This document shows positions 8,473 to 17,870 of a stretch of 24,907 nt of DNA, piece after piece (within the stretch, counting starts at the first letter, position 1; every line of letters starts with the position of its first letter). A program made the translations under genes and the position numbers. The notes under the pieces were generated by a model that had not been told where the DNA came from, ran no database searches, and was given only the letters and a program-made list of their open reading frames with translations. The DNA comes from a virus (lineage: Duplodnaviria > Caudoviricetes), in IMG/VR virus record IMGVR_UViG_3300024228_000644, positions 1-24,907 of that record; one strand, given 5' to 3'.

Positions 8473-9699
8473 ATGAACAAAATAGGATTTATTGGTACAG
8501 GTAAGCTAGGCATGCCATGTGCGGAAGCAATGGCAAATAAACAACATCATGTTACTGGATATGACGTTGCAGGGCATATGAGTGACCACATACACATGCA
8601 AGATTCAATTAAAGATGCAGTGAGAGATAGAGATATTGTATTTGTTGCAGTACCTACTCCACATGATCCAGACTATGACGGGCGGGCACCTACAGCATAT
8701 TTGGAACCCAAAGACTTTAACTACGACATTGTAAAAGATGTATTAGCGGAAGCTAACAAGCACATGAACGACAGCCAATTACTAGTGCTTATCAGTACTG
8801 TACTGCCTGGTACTACTAGAAATCAATTTGTAGATTTAGTTACCAACACACGCTTTGTATACAATCCTTATTTGATTGCAATGGGAAGTGTAGCATGGGA
8901 TATGGTTAATCCAGAGATGGTTATGATCGGTACTGCTGACGGAAGTACTACTGGCGATGCAAAACAACTTGTAGACTTTTATAAAACTATAATGGAAAAT
9001 AATCCACGCTATGAAATTGGCACATGGGATGAATGTGAATGTATTAAGGTGTTTTACAATACATTTATTAGCGCCAAAATAGGTCTTGTAAATATGATAC
9101 AGGATGTAGCGCAACAACAGGGCAATATTAACGTAGACGTTGTTACAGATGCCCTAGCTAAGTCTACAATGCGTATTATGGGTCCACAGTATATGAAAGC
9201 CGGTATGGGCGATGGAGGCGGATGCCATCCACGTGATAATATTGCACTTCGTTATATGGCAGACGAACTTGGCTTAGGATATGACTTGTTTGACAGCATT
9301 ATGAATGCCAGAGAAATACAAGCAAAAAACATTGCATTAGAATTAGTAAAACATGCCAACGAACATAATATGCCAATTGTTATTCATGGAAAAGCATACA
9401 AGCCAAATGTAGAGTATTGCGACGGAAGTTATAGTTTACTAATTGGACATTACTGCGAGGAGCAAGGCGTTGCACCTATATATGTAGATCCACTAACAGG
9501 CGACGAGTATGATCCAACAGAGCCTTGTGTATTTTTACTAGCACACAGCGCAAGTACTACATACAAATACACTGGCAAGAATAGTGCAGACAAATTATAC
9601 TGTAACATTCCCACTGGTAGTGTAGTGGTTGATCCGTGGCGCAGTTATATAAATGTAAATTGTAAGGTAATACATTACGGCAATACTCGAGGCCAATAA
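8473..9699 (+). CDS. ugd: UDP-glucose/GDP-mannose dehydrogenase family nucleotide-sugar dehydrogenase
   Basis: KIGFIGTGKLG (GxGxxG), FVAVPTP, ISTVLPGTT, YNP, IKVFYN (catalytic Lys/Asn), GMGDGGGCHPRD (catalytic Cys/Asp), GKAYKPN, VVDPW. The exact sugar substrate is not determined. Confidence 0.88.
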   Translation: MNKIGFIGTGKLGMPCAEAMANKQHHVTGYDVAGHMSDHIHMQDSIKDAVRDRDIVFVAVPTPHDPDYDGRAPTAYLEPKDFNYDIVKDVLAEANKHMNDSQLLVLISTVLPGTTRNQFVDLVTNTRFVYNPYLIAMGSVAWDMVNPEMVMIGTADGSTTGDAKQLVDFYKTIMENNPRYEIGTWDECECIKVFYNTFISAKIGLVNMIQDVAQQQGNINVDVVTDALAKSTMRIMGPQYMKAGMGDGGGCHPRDNIALRYMADELGLGYDLFDSIMNAREIQAKNIALELVKHANEHNMPIVIHGKAYKPNVEYCDGSYSLLIGHYCEEQGVAPIYVDPLTGDEYDPTEPCVFLLAHSASTTYKYTGKNSADKLYCNIPTGSVVVDPWRSYINVNCKVIHYGNTRGQ

Positions 9700-10775
9700 T
9701 GTTACAGGTATGGGGATATAGTCCACAAGGCACCAGCTTTAGTACCAATTGTAATTGTATACCGGTTATATATCGACAGTTTGCACAAGGTGCAAGTTTA
9801 TTTCATATGAAGTATGCATTCTTTATCAGTGGAGCGTTTGGTAGATTTGAAAATCCAAATACTGGATATACAGATTGGCTGGATACTATAAATTTAGATG
9901 AACGAACACTACGACATATTAAACAAGGCAAATGTATTGTAGTAGTAGATGATACTACTGAAGCATTTGACGAATCTACAATTAACACAACATTACAAAA
10001 CTTTGCTGAGAGAAATAAATTAACAGCTGATAATTTTGTCTTTAGTACTAATAATTTAAATTTTCCAAAGCAGTCATTTTGTGATGTATATTCAGCACCT
10101 TTTGTTTTGGAATACTGCCGCTATAGTATAATTGATAAAGACACCGACTACTTTGAACCTATTATGAAAACCCGTGGAGATTGGCAATATCCATTTATCA
10201 GTATTGGCGGGGAACCACGACATCATCGGCGACAACTACACAATCTTATTCGCAACCAGTATCCCAGTACTGGAATATGTACTATGAACAGTGGATTTAG
10301 AGCTAATGATTACAGTACTATATCGTTTACGCCTGAGGTATCTCCATATGAGCTAAATCACACTGGCCCTTATGTATGGCATGATATCAATCCCAAACAC
10401 TTTATACATGTGCCCAGTGCGGCAGTAATGGAAACTTATATTGATTATGATAATTTTAGCATTACTGAAAAGGCATTTAAAAATTTAGTATACCCACAGC
10501 CATTTGTAATGTTGGCTGCAAGTGGCAGTATTCAGTTACTGCGTGATATTGGATTTGATGTATATGATGAGTATGTGGACCACAGCTATGACAATATTGT
10601 CGACAACGACGACAGGATTAGTGCTGTGTTTGAAAGTTTTTGTAAATTAATCCAAATGGATCATTTTCCAAACGAAAAAAATATTGTGGCTCACAACCGT
10701 GAAGTTAGTCGCAATTTAACAATTGCCAATGACTTTATTAACTACGTAGAGTCCAAGTTGGAATCTACGGGTTAA
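9699..10775 (+). CDS. Putative glycosyltransferase (GT-B, GT10-like C-terminal motif), phage family
   Basis: AVMET..SITEKAFK..PQPFVMLA..LRDIGFDVYDEYVDHSYD, paralogous to 2646..3965. TAATG-coupled to the dehydrogenase gene. Confidence 0.55.
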   Translation: MLQVWGYSPQGTSFSTNCNCIPVIYRQFAQGASLFHMKYAFFISGAFGRFENPNTGYTDWLDTINLDERTLRHIKQGKCIVVVDDTTEAFDESTINTTLQNFAERNKLTADNFVFSTNNLNFPKQSFCDVYSAPFVLEYCRYSIIDKDTDYFEPIMKTRGDWQYPFISIGGEPRHHRRQLHNLIRNQYPSTGICTMNSGFRANDYSTISFTPEVSPYELNHTGPYVWHDINPKHFIHVPSAAVMETYIDYDNFSITEKAFKNLVYPQPFVMLAASGSIQLLRDIGFDVYDEYVDHSYDNIVDNDDRISAVFESFCKLIQMDHFPNEKNIVAHNREVSRNLTIANDFINYVESKLESTG

Positions 10776-12072
10776 CATTATTTTGCCAGATTTTGTCAAA
10801 AAAGTTTTCACCAAATCCCTCTGGTTGTCCTGGAGCATGCTTCTTTTCTAGTTCTTCCATTACTGTCTTATAGTAAGGAAACTGTTCAAAATATGCTGGT
10901 GTTCTCATTGAGATATTTTTATGATACTGAAAGAATCTAGAGTTAAAGGGTCTTGTGCCAACACGTTCTTTCATATTATCTGTGTGTAGATATATGCTAT
11001 TCAGTCTGTCGGGCTCGTTTCCACGACCAATATATTGATCCAGTTTTGCATATATACGATCCCAGGGAACCAAATCATGGCTCAAATAAGCTGGGTCAAG
11101 AACGTTATCATAGACACAGTTACTTGTTATTCCCCATCCATGCCCAACACGATCGTCGTTAAATTTAGTACTAAAACTATTAAAGAAATATTCCAGTGTT
11201 TCATCAAAGTGTGGTAAACTAAAATAGTTATGTGTACATGTCAGTGCAATTTTAGCATGATGCTGAAGTTCCATCATATTATGATGAAAGCGATTCCAAT
11301 CTAATCCATAGCGTACAAGTTCAGCACGTGGCCCAATGTTTTCAATACTAACACCAATTGTCCAGTGCGCAAACTCATTGGTCTTTTTAATAGTATCAAC
11401 CATACGATCAAACAGTGGACCTTTTGTATTGAGGTTTGTGGTAAACATTAAGTTAACTTTTTCATCAAACGTTTTAAAAATAGGTGTTAAGTTATCAATC
11501 AATGTGTATACTTCTGGCATAAGGGTAGGTTCACCGCCTAAGAAATTAATGCTTAACCGTCTAGTTTTATCTATTTGCTTAATTCGCTCTACTAATAATT
11601 CCATCATACGTCGAGTCCACTCAATTGTGTACTCGTCTTTTGATTTTACACTTTGTCCTACTTCTTTTTTCCATGTAGTACTACTCCATGGTCCGCAATA
11701 CACACATGCTAAATCACACTGATCACCAATATCAATTTCAATATACTGTACATGATCAGTATCCATCAGAACATCTTTGCTGTTAGTGATAAAATCATCT
11801 GTCCAGGTATTCCAACTATGCCTTATCGCATTATCACCATTGCGAACACACAACTTACAAGTGTGCGCAGGTATTTGATTTTTTAGCAACATTGTTTGCT
11901 TGTTTTCTACATTAAGATCATACTTTTCAAAAACATCCACCCCAAGATCATCCATCTCTTGAAATGTAATTTTATGTCCAATACTTTTACAGCAATGCCG
12001 TATTTCCTGACGTCTGAAATCTATATTTGTATCTGTCCATAGTTTGCTACAAACGTTTTGTTTAATCCTCAT
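10765..12072 (-). CDS. Radical SAM protein with N-terminal Twitch-like Cys module
   Basis: VCSKLW...RHCC...TCKLC, then EIDIGDQCDLACVYC, FLGGEPTL, FTTNL, VSIE..GPRAELVRYG. Start moved to ATG 12072 (SD GAGGA 12081-12085) rather than the track's TTG 12087. Confidence 0.88.
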   Translation of the reverse strand: MRIKQNVCSKLWTDTNIDFRRQEIRHCCKSIGHKITFQEMDDLGVDVFEKYDLNVENKQTMLLKNQIPAHTCKLCVRNGDNAIRHSWNTWTDDFITNSKDVLMDTDHVQYIEIDIGDQCDLACVYCGPWSSTTWKKEVGQSVKSKDEYTIEWTRRMMELLVERIKQIDKTRRLSINFLGGEPTLMPEVYTLIDNLTPIFKTFDEKVNLMFTTNLNTKGPLFDRMVDTIKKTNEFAHWTIGVSIENIGPRAELVRYGLDWNRFHHNMMELQHHAKIALTCTHNYFSLPHFDETLEYFFNSFSTKFNDDRVGHGWGITSNCVYDNVLDPAYLSHDLVPWDRIYAKLDQYIGRGNEPDRLNSIYLHTDNMKERVGTRPFNSRFFQYHKNISMRTPAYFEQFPYYKTVMEELEKKHAPGQPEGFGENFFDKIWQNNVNP

Positions 12073-13246
12073 GCCAATAGTCCTCAAGTTCTGGTATTAC
12101 ATCTATTATACTTATATTTCGCAGCTTATCACGAGCTTTTGTTATTCTTTTAAATTCTTGCCAGTGTTCTTCCACTCTGGGTCTTTTTAACTGCTCGACC
12201 AATGGAGCAAGATTATTGCTACCAGTATACACATACCCATGGTTATATGTTTGTTCAAACTCAGTAATTAAACGCTGTTTGATAGGATCTGGTAACATTT
12301 CAATTGAATAAAAACTTTGATTAACTGGATTTAACCAAATTGGAAATTTGAAATCTAACTCTTCTTTGTAGTATTTACTGGTACTAATTATATCAAATAT
12401 ACTGTATGCGCTATACGTATATGCATTAGCAATAAAATCTGTTGGCAAGAGTCTGCTTTGTATCAAATGTAGATTTTCAATAAACTTGTTCCAATTGGCT
12501 GGGTATCTAGTATATTCAAATGTTTTGCCACTGCCATCACCACTAAGTAATATGTTTCTACGTTTGAATGTGCTTAACATGTCAAACATTTCTTCTTCGT
12601 ATATACTACCATTTGTTGCAAAATTTATTTCAATATTTTTGCTAATGCCTGAATCTACTAACTTACGCATAAACGGAGTCATTTCCTTAACCAATAATGG
12701 TTCACCACCGTATACATTAATTAGTTTAGCGTGATGACATTTTTCAATTATGCTATCCCAGATCTCTGGAGTTCGCCACCATTTGGTTTTAAATGTAACG
12801 CCTTTACCCGGCCATAATATTTCATCTTCATTAAACAACATACTACTACTAGCACTATCACACACTACACACATTTGGTTACACACATTGCCCAACTTCA
12901 TATCAATATCTAAGATATTATGTGTGGACGCATCTTTTTTTGTTATATACTGTACAGCGTAATCATGGAATCGATTATTGCTATTTTGTCGCTGACTAAC
13001 GATGCCAACTTCTTCGTTACGATAGCAAGTGATACAGTTAACACTTGGTTTGTCGTCTAACATGTTTTGTCTTAAAGTTTGCCAGTGTTCAGCGTGTGTA
13101 ATTTCATCTAGAGTATAATTTGATAAATTATGGGTAACTTCAGTAACGTTACTATTAAAGTCACAACATGGCACAACATGGCCATTTGCTCTAATTTCAA
13201 CACCAGCAAATGCCTTGATACAAAAATGTTTGTTTATTTCAGTCAT
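12062..13246 (-). CDS. Radical SAM protein with N-terminal Twitch/SPASM domain
   Basis: FCIKAF...NGHVVPCC...NCITCY, then DMKLGNVCNQMCVVC, YGGEPLL, FATNG, SGDG..FEYTRYP. Start moved to ATG 13246 (ATGA overlap, SD GGAG). Confidence 0.9.
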   Translation of the reverse strand: MTEINKHFCIKAFAGVEIRANGHVVPCCDFNSNVTEVTHNLSNYTLDEITHAEHWQTLRQNMLDDKPSVNCITCYRNEEVGIVSQRQNSNNRFHDYAVQYITKKDASTHNILDIDMKLGNVCNQMCVVCDSASSSMLFNEDEILWPGKGVTFKTKWWRTPEIWDSIIEKCHHAKLINVYGGEPLLVKEMTPFMRKLVDSGISKNIEINFATNGSIYEEEMFDMLSTFKRRNILLSGDGSGKTFEYTRYPANWNKFIENLHLIQSRLLPTDFIANAYTYSAYSIFDIISTSKYYKEELDFKFPIWLNPVNQSFYSIEMLPDPIKQRLITEFEQTYNHGYVYTGSNNLAPLVEQLKRPRVEEHWQEFKRITKARDKLRNISIIDVIPELEDYWHED

Positions 13247-13752
13247 ATATAGTCTCCAAAGCAAAATTTATATCCGCTAGTAATACTATACTTATATGTC
13301 TCATGTATAATATCAGCTTCATCCATATTATGACTCATTAAATTTAAACAGCAATCCACTACAACTTCACATTTATAGCCATTAGCTGTCATATTGTGCA
13401 TACCAAGTTCGCGATGCTCAATGCATCCTGGGATACTAAAGCCAGTATAGTATAGATGATTTACATTATGATTTTTTAAGTACGCATTAACTTCATCAGT
13501 ATTCCAGCTCGTAATAGTATTATCACGCCTACTAACGGCTGTTTGGATTAAATGATGTGGGTGTTTCCATGGAAAATTTACTGCTTGGTCGGGAGGTAGC
13601 TCAGTTTGATATGCAGCTAAAACAATTGGGCCTTGCCAACGTTGAAGAACTTTGGATATACGTAATACAGTACGTTCCATTGGTGTTTGTAGAAAGCTAA
13701 GACCAGGATAATATTTGTCCCATGTGTCGATAATCATTATTGCTGATGTCAT
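13243..13752 (-). CDS. Isochorismatase/cysteine hydrolase-like protein
   Basis: AIMIIDTW (catalytic Asp position), YLKNHNVNHLYYTGFSIPGCI (catalytic Cys position), VVVDCC. Size is typical (169 aa). Confidence 0.7.
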   Translation of the reverse strand: MTSAIMIIDTWDKYYPGLSFLQTPMERTVLRISKVLQRWQGPIVLAAYQTELPPDQAVNFPWKHPHHLIQTAVSRRDNTITSWNTDEVNAYLKNHNVNHLYYTGFSIPGCIEHRELGMHNMTANGYKCEVVVDCCLNLMSHNMDEADIIHETYKYSITSGYKFCFGDYI

Positions 13753-13757
13753 AATTA

Positions 13758-13765
13758 TATTTATA
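13758..13765 (-). promoter_or_regulatory. T4-like late promoter TATAAATA
   Basis: Perfect box 5 nt upstream of ATG 13752, in a 30-nt intergenic gap with no SD. Confidence 0.75.
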
Positions 13766-13782
13766 CATTATTAAAATAGCAG

Positions 13783-15090
13783 TTAATTATCCGGCCAAGT
13801 TTTCCATCCTTTACGTTCCTTGTATTCAGTAAAGAAATTGTATAGGTAATTTAAACTTCGACTCCAATTTAAGTCTGCGCTCTTATCAAACACCCAAAGT
13901 CTTTTCCACATTTCACTTATTAAGTGATCCTTTTCCTCTTGACTAAATGTATCTTCTTGTATATAACTAATGATACTTTTCATACCTTGGACTTGATTAC
14001 CTCCAAGTGGATGATGATTTTCTAGCCAATCAATATGTGTTTCGTATTTTTTTATAACACGTTCTTTATACCAATCTGGAAAGATTGCTGGATGCTGCCA
14101 CTGTGGCCAACTTACAAAGTTAGGTGTAAACAGTGCCCATTGGCTCCATTTATTTTCCACACAATATTTGTTAAACTCAGGAAAGTGTTCTAGATTTAAT
14201 GCACCAATGGTGGGTGCTGGAAACAAATGTACTTTTGGTGCTTCAGTTTTTACACGATTAAAATTAGATTCGAACTGTGGCCATTTTAGTCCAGTGCGTA
14301 TATACTCAATGGTTTCACCATACCCATCAATACTTGCACCAACACTAACTCTATCAAACTTTTTCCAAATTTCTACTATATCCCTACCTTTATATTTTAG
14401 ACTAGTTAGATTGGTATTGTATTTAATTTTTACATCAGTCCGCCCCATATCAATTAACTTGTCTAGCATTTGCAAATGTTCTGGATATAAAAATGGTTCT
14501 CCGCCAGCGAAATAAATTTCTTCAACTGTTTCCAAAAATGGTTCTACTTTTTCATAGCAATCAACATGGATAAATTTTGGTTTGTTTTGTTGACTGTGTG
14601 GATTGTCAGCAGTAATTCCGTTGTCTACTTCAAGTTTGATTAATTCGTCATGCCAAGTACTGCTAAGTTCATAACCACACATACGACATTTTAGATTACA
14701 AATATTACCAAACCTTATATCCAAGTACAACATATTAATATCACTAGTGCCGTCTTCTTTGGTGTCTGCTACTACCTGTCTTGTTTTTTCATTATCAAAT
14801 TCTGTATTAAACCATGTACGCATACTATTATTTTTGCGTCCAGCATCGTCATGTTGGTAGCAACGATTGCATCCTGGGTGTTTCTCTCCAGCTAAAAATT
14901 GCTTACGTAATTTTTTAAAACTATCATGATTCATTAAGTCTGGAACACTGTCATACTCTTGCATTTCGCCGTAATTATCACGCTTGTGTTGCTGATCCCA
15001 AAAACAACACGGCATAACTTTGCCTGTTGGCAACACATGTAAATGCACCCAGGGGGCTAAACAAAAACTTTTGTTGTCGGGTAAATCCAT
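13783..15090 (-). CDS. Radical SAM protein with N-terminal Twitch/SPASM domain
   Basis: FCLAPWVHLHVLPTGKVMPCC...GCNRCY, then LDIRFGNICNLKCRMC, IYFAGGEPF, YNTNL, ASIDGYGETIEYIRTG. Confidence 0.92.
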   Translation of the reverse strand: MDLPDNKSFCLAPWVHLHVLPTGKVMPCCFWDQQHKRDNYGEMQEYDSVPDLMNHDSFKKLRKQFLAGEKHPGCNRCYQHDDAGRKNNSMRTWFNTEFDNEKTRQVVADTKEDGTSDINMLYLDIRFGNICNLKCRMCGYELSSTWHDELIKLEVDNGITADNPHSQQNKPKFIHVDCYEKVEPFLETVEEIYFAGGEPFLYPEHLQMLDKLIDMGRTDVKIKYNTNLTSLKYKGRDIVEIWKKFDRVSVGASIDGYGETIEYIRTGLKWPQFESNFNRVKTEAPKVHLFPAPTIGALNLEHFPEFNKYCVENKWSQWALFTPNFVSWPQWQHPAIFPDWYKERVIKKYETHIDWLENHHPLGGNQVQGMKSIISYIQEDTFSQEEKDHLISEMWKRLWVFDKSADLNWSRSLNYLYNFFTEYKERKGWKTWPDN

Positions 15091-15105
15091 TAAAATTCCA
15101 TTCTG

Positions 15106-16335
15106 TTAATTTTGTTGTTCGTCAATTTGTGTTTTGCGAAGATCTTCCTGAATACGTACACTTTCATATAGACTATCAATAGGGTTATTATGCACTTGAC
15201 AATGTTTAGTGCATTGTGCAATTCTACCATCACTATGTTTTTTGATATCCCAAGTGTCTTTAATTTTACTAAAGTAGTCAGTTTCATCCAATACATATTG
15301 CAATCCGTGTTTAATAATATTGATATTATCAAATCCAATATTTTTATCAACCCATTCATAATATTGCATATTAATAATACCATCAGCATCTTGACTTACG
15401 TGGCCAAGGAAACAGCATGGGTGAACTCCACCTTGAGCATCTACATAAATTTCCTGATTACGGATACTCATACAATCAATTTGCTGACTACTATCTAACC
15501 AACTCAAATGACCTTTTTGTATTCTCTCGTCTAGTGATTCTTTTTCATTCTTGAATGAACGTTTAAACACATCAGGTACTAGTGGATCCATCCGAGTGTT
15601 ACTTTTACCTTGATTTTTGCCAGCTTCTAAGTGCCAACTATTGGTCCATTCATCGTCTGGCGGATACAATGCACCTTCCACTAATCCATTGTCGTCCAAC
15701 AACAGCATACTATCTAGTCCTCTGCCTTGTTTTTCTTCAGTGAATCCAAATGCTTTTTTATAGAAGAAATCCTTGAATCCTAATTCTTCACTCAGTGCTT
15801 TTGCATCATTCAGCTGATGCTGATTGTGTCCAAATATTAAAAATTCCCACGTGGCTGAACCGCCAGCATCACAAAAGGCTTTCATATTAGCGTATAACTT
15901 ACTCCACTGTACTTTGCGTCTATACATATGATTGGTGTCTTCAAGGCCATCCACACTGAAAATAACACGGTCATGTTGTGGATTCATTTTATCAGCCAAT
16001 TTACGCCAAAATGTTGGATTACGCATTCCTCCATTTGTGTGTACACGCACAGTACCTTCCCAATGACATTGTTTGATATAATCTACAATTTCAACTAAAT
16101 CTCGACACGTTCCAGGATCACCGTAGTTTCCGCAAAATAATATTGTCCTACACCCTTTAAGTAGTTCAGGCGTAAACACTTCCTTAAATTGGGAAAGTGA
16201 CCATTCACGCTTATCTATCCACGGTAATGGATATCCTCCGCTTACATTGCGTGGACACCCAGGACATGATGCATTACACTTACTGGTAAGTTCAATATGC
16301 ATCTGTCTAATGTTTTTGTATTTAATCATACTCAT
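15106..16335 (-). CDS. Radical SAM protein with C-terminal Twitch/SPASM-like domain
   Basis: HIELTSKCNASCPGC, FCGNYGDP, VHTNGG, FSVDGLEDTNHMYRR; C-terminal C..IYVDAQGGVHPCC...CTKHC. Paralogue of 6467..7507. Confidence 0.92.
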   Translation of the reverse strand: MSMIKYKNIRQMHIELTSKCNASCPGCPRNVSGGYPLPWIDKREWSLSQFKEVFTPELLKGCRTILFCGNYGDPGTCRDLVEIVDYIKQCHWEGTVRVHTNGGMRNPTFWRKLADKMNPQHDRVIFSVDGLEDTNHMYRRKVQWSKLYANMKAFCDAGGSATWEFLIFGHNQHQLNDAKALSEELGFKDFFYKKAFGFTEEKQGRGLDSMLLLDDNGLVEGALYPPDDEWTNSWHLEAGKNQGKSNTRMDPLVPDVFKRSFKNEKESLDERIQKGHLSWLDSSQQIDCMSIRNQEIYVDAQGGVHPCCFLGHVSQDADGIINMQYYEWVDKNIGFDNINIIKHGLQYVLDETDYFSKIKDTWDIKKHSDGRIAQCTKHCQVHNNPIDSLYESVRIQEDLRKTQIDEQQN

Positions 16336-17870
16336 GTGTTAATGTCCTTATTGTCAGGTATCAATAATTGGTTTTCAACAGCATCTGCAAGTGTATCCAA
16401 ATATATTGGACGCCCCCATGTAGTAGCATCGCCATCTTTAACTGGTTCCTTGACCGGGTGTATATTATGACTAACATCATATCCCTCGTACCAGCTTACT
16501 AAATCTGGTAAGTTTGAAAATGCTGTCATAAAGTTTTTGTTTCTACGTACATCATATTGTTTGTAAAAACTTACAAAATCACGCTGACGAGTTTCTATGT
16601 CACTGTAATCTCTAACACTGTGTCCTTCGTCAACTACTTCCATATATGCCAATGTTCTTTCAAATCCATCTTGTTCGTGTTTGTGGAACCGCTCTTTTTG
16701 CTCACTGTACCAATCACTTAAATATTTATGTCGTTCTTTTCTTACTTCTTCTGGTAATGTAGTGATACTCTGAAAGCTAGGAAAACGTAAAATATTATAA
16801 CTCATATCAACAAACGTTTCATCTTCTGCAAATTTACCACCATTATATTCTTCTCGCATATCAAAAATCTGTTCATGCATTTTGTCAATACTACCCAAAC
16901 ATAATGCATTGATAGTTAACATACAGTGTACCATGCCAAAATTTCCTTCATTTAACATGTATTTGTAGTTATCAATCCATTCGTCATACACAAGACCGTC
17001 ACGTATGTATTCTGCTTGTTCGCCAAATGCTTCATTACTGGTGTAAATATCAAAAGCATCAATTTTATGACTAAGTTTAACTAATCTATGTAGATGACTA
17101 CGCTTACATCCCAAGTTAGTGTTAACTGCTAATCGTACTTTACATCCAGGATTTTTATCATACCAGTTGATTAATTTCCAAAAATCATGACTCACAGTAG
17201 CTTCGCCACCAGTAACTCTTAACTGTTGTAAATTATGTTGTAAATCAGTTTCCCACCATTTCCAAAATGCTTGAGTATATGGATTTCCTTCGTTCTTAAC
17301 ACCATATGGTTGAGCCCATTCCCCAGTATGTGCAAATGCTCCCCAGCCATCACTAGTCATGTTATCATATGGCCCATTCTTTTTAATGTCATGACCCCAT
17401 GTTGTACTAAACCCAGCATTACAATAACTACATGCAAAATTACAATTACTATCAAATGCAATCTCTAATGTCTTGGGTGTAAAACTATCTTTCCAGTCAC
17501 TACGGAATGCAGTATCTAATTCTTTTTCACTATAGGGTGTACTTTTATAATACCGATCACTTACGTATTCATCCCCCATATCTTCAATTTTCCAGCAATA
17601 TTCACATTCTTTAGGACGTACGCCTTCTTGCATTTGTTTACGTACTAATTTTTTATACACTGTATTGTGCAATGCACTTGGATCTTTTTTAACATCGTTT
17701 ACATTAATTTTATGCGGTGGCGGATGATGACAGCTTGTTGTTGCACCATTTCCGAGCCACACAGTAGCATTATACCATTTTGCTCCACAAAAGCTAGTAC
17801 TCTTTTTATCAAGCACACGTGTACGCCATTCTACTGGTGTTTCTTTAATATTTTTCTTTTTATTGGCCAT
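16332..17870 (-). CDS. Radical SAM protein with N-terminal Twitch-like module (CHH variant)
   Basis: FCGAKW...TTSCHHP...ECEYCW, then EIAFDSNCNFACSYC, RVTGGEA, VNTNL, AEYIRDGL. Confidence 0.9.
   Translation of the reverse strand: MANKKKNIKETPVEWRTRVLDKKSTSFCGAKWYNATVWLGNGATTSCHHPPPHKINVNDVKKDPSALHNTVYKKLVRKQMQEGVRPKECEYCWKIEDMGDEYVSDRYYKSTPYSEKELDTAFRSDWKDSFTPKTLEIAFDSNCNFACSYCNAGFSTTWGHDIKKNGPYDNMTSDGWGAFAHTGEWAQPYGVKNEGNPYTQAFWKWWETDLQHNLQQLRVTGGEATVSHDFWKLINWYDKNPGCKVRLAVNTNLGCKRSHLHRLVKLSHKIDAFDIYTSNEAFGEQAEYIRDGLVYDEWIDNYKYMLNEGNFGMVHCMLTINALCLGSIDKMHEQIFDMREEYNGGKFAEDETFVDMSYNILRFPSFQSITTLPEEVRKERHKYLSDWYSEQKERFHKHEQDGFERTLAYMEVVDEGHSVRDYSDIETRQRDFVSFYKQYDVRRNKNFMTAFSNLPDLVSWYEGYDVSHNIHPVKEPVKDGDATTWGRPIYLDTLADAVENQLLIPDNKDINT

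Noticed and set aside
15090-15389. 99-aa same-strand ORF whose stop overlaps the ATG of 13783..15090
   Set aside because: It is almost wholly inside the Cys-motif-bearing 3' end of 15106..16335 in another frame and has no SD. The TAATG junction is plausibly chance in AT-rich DNA.
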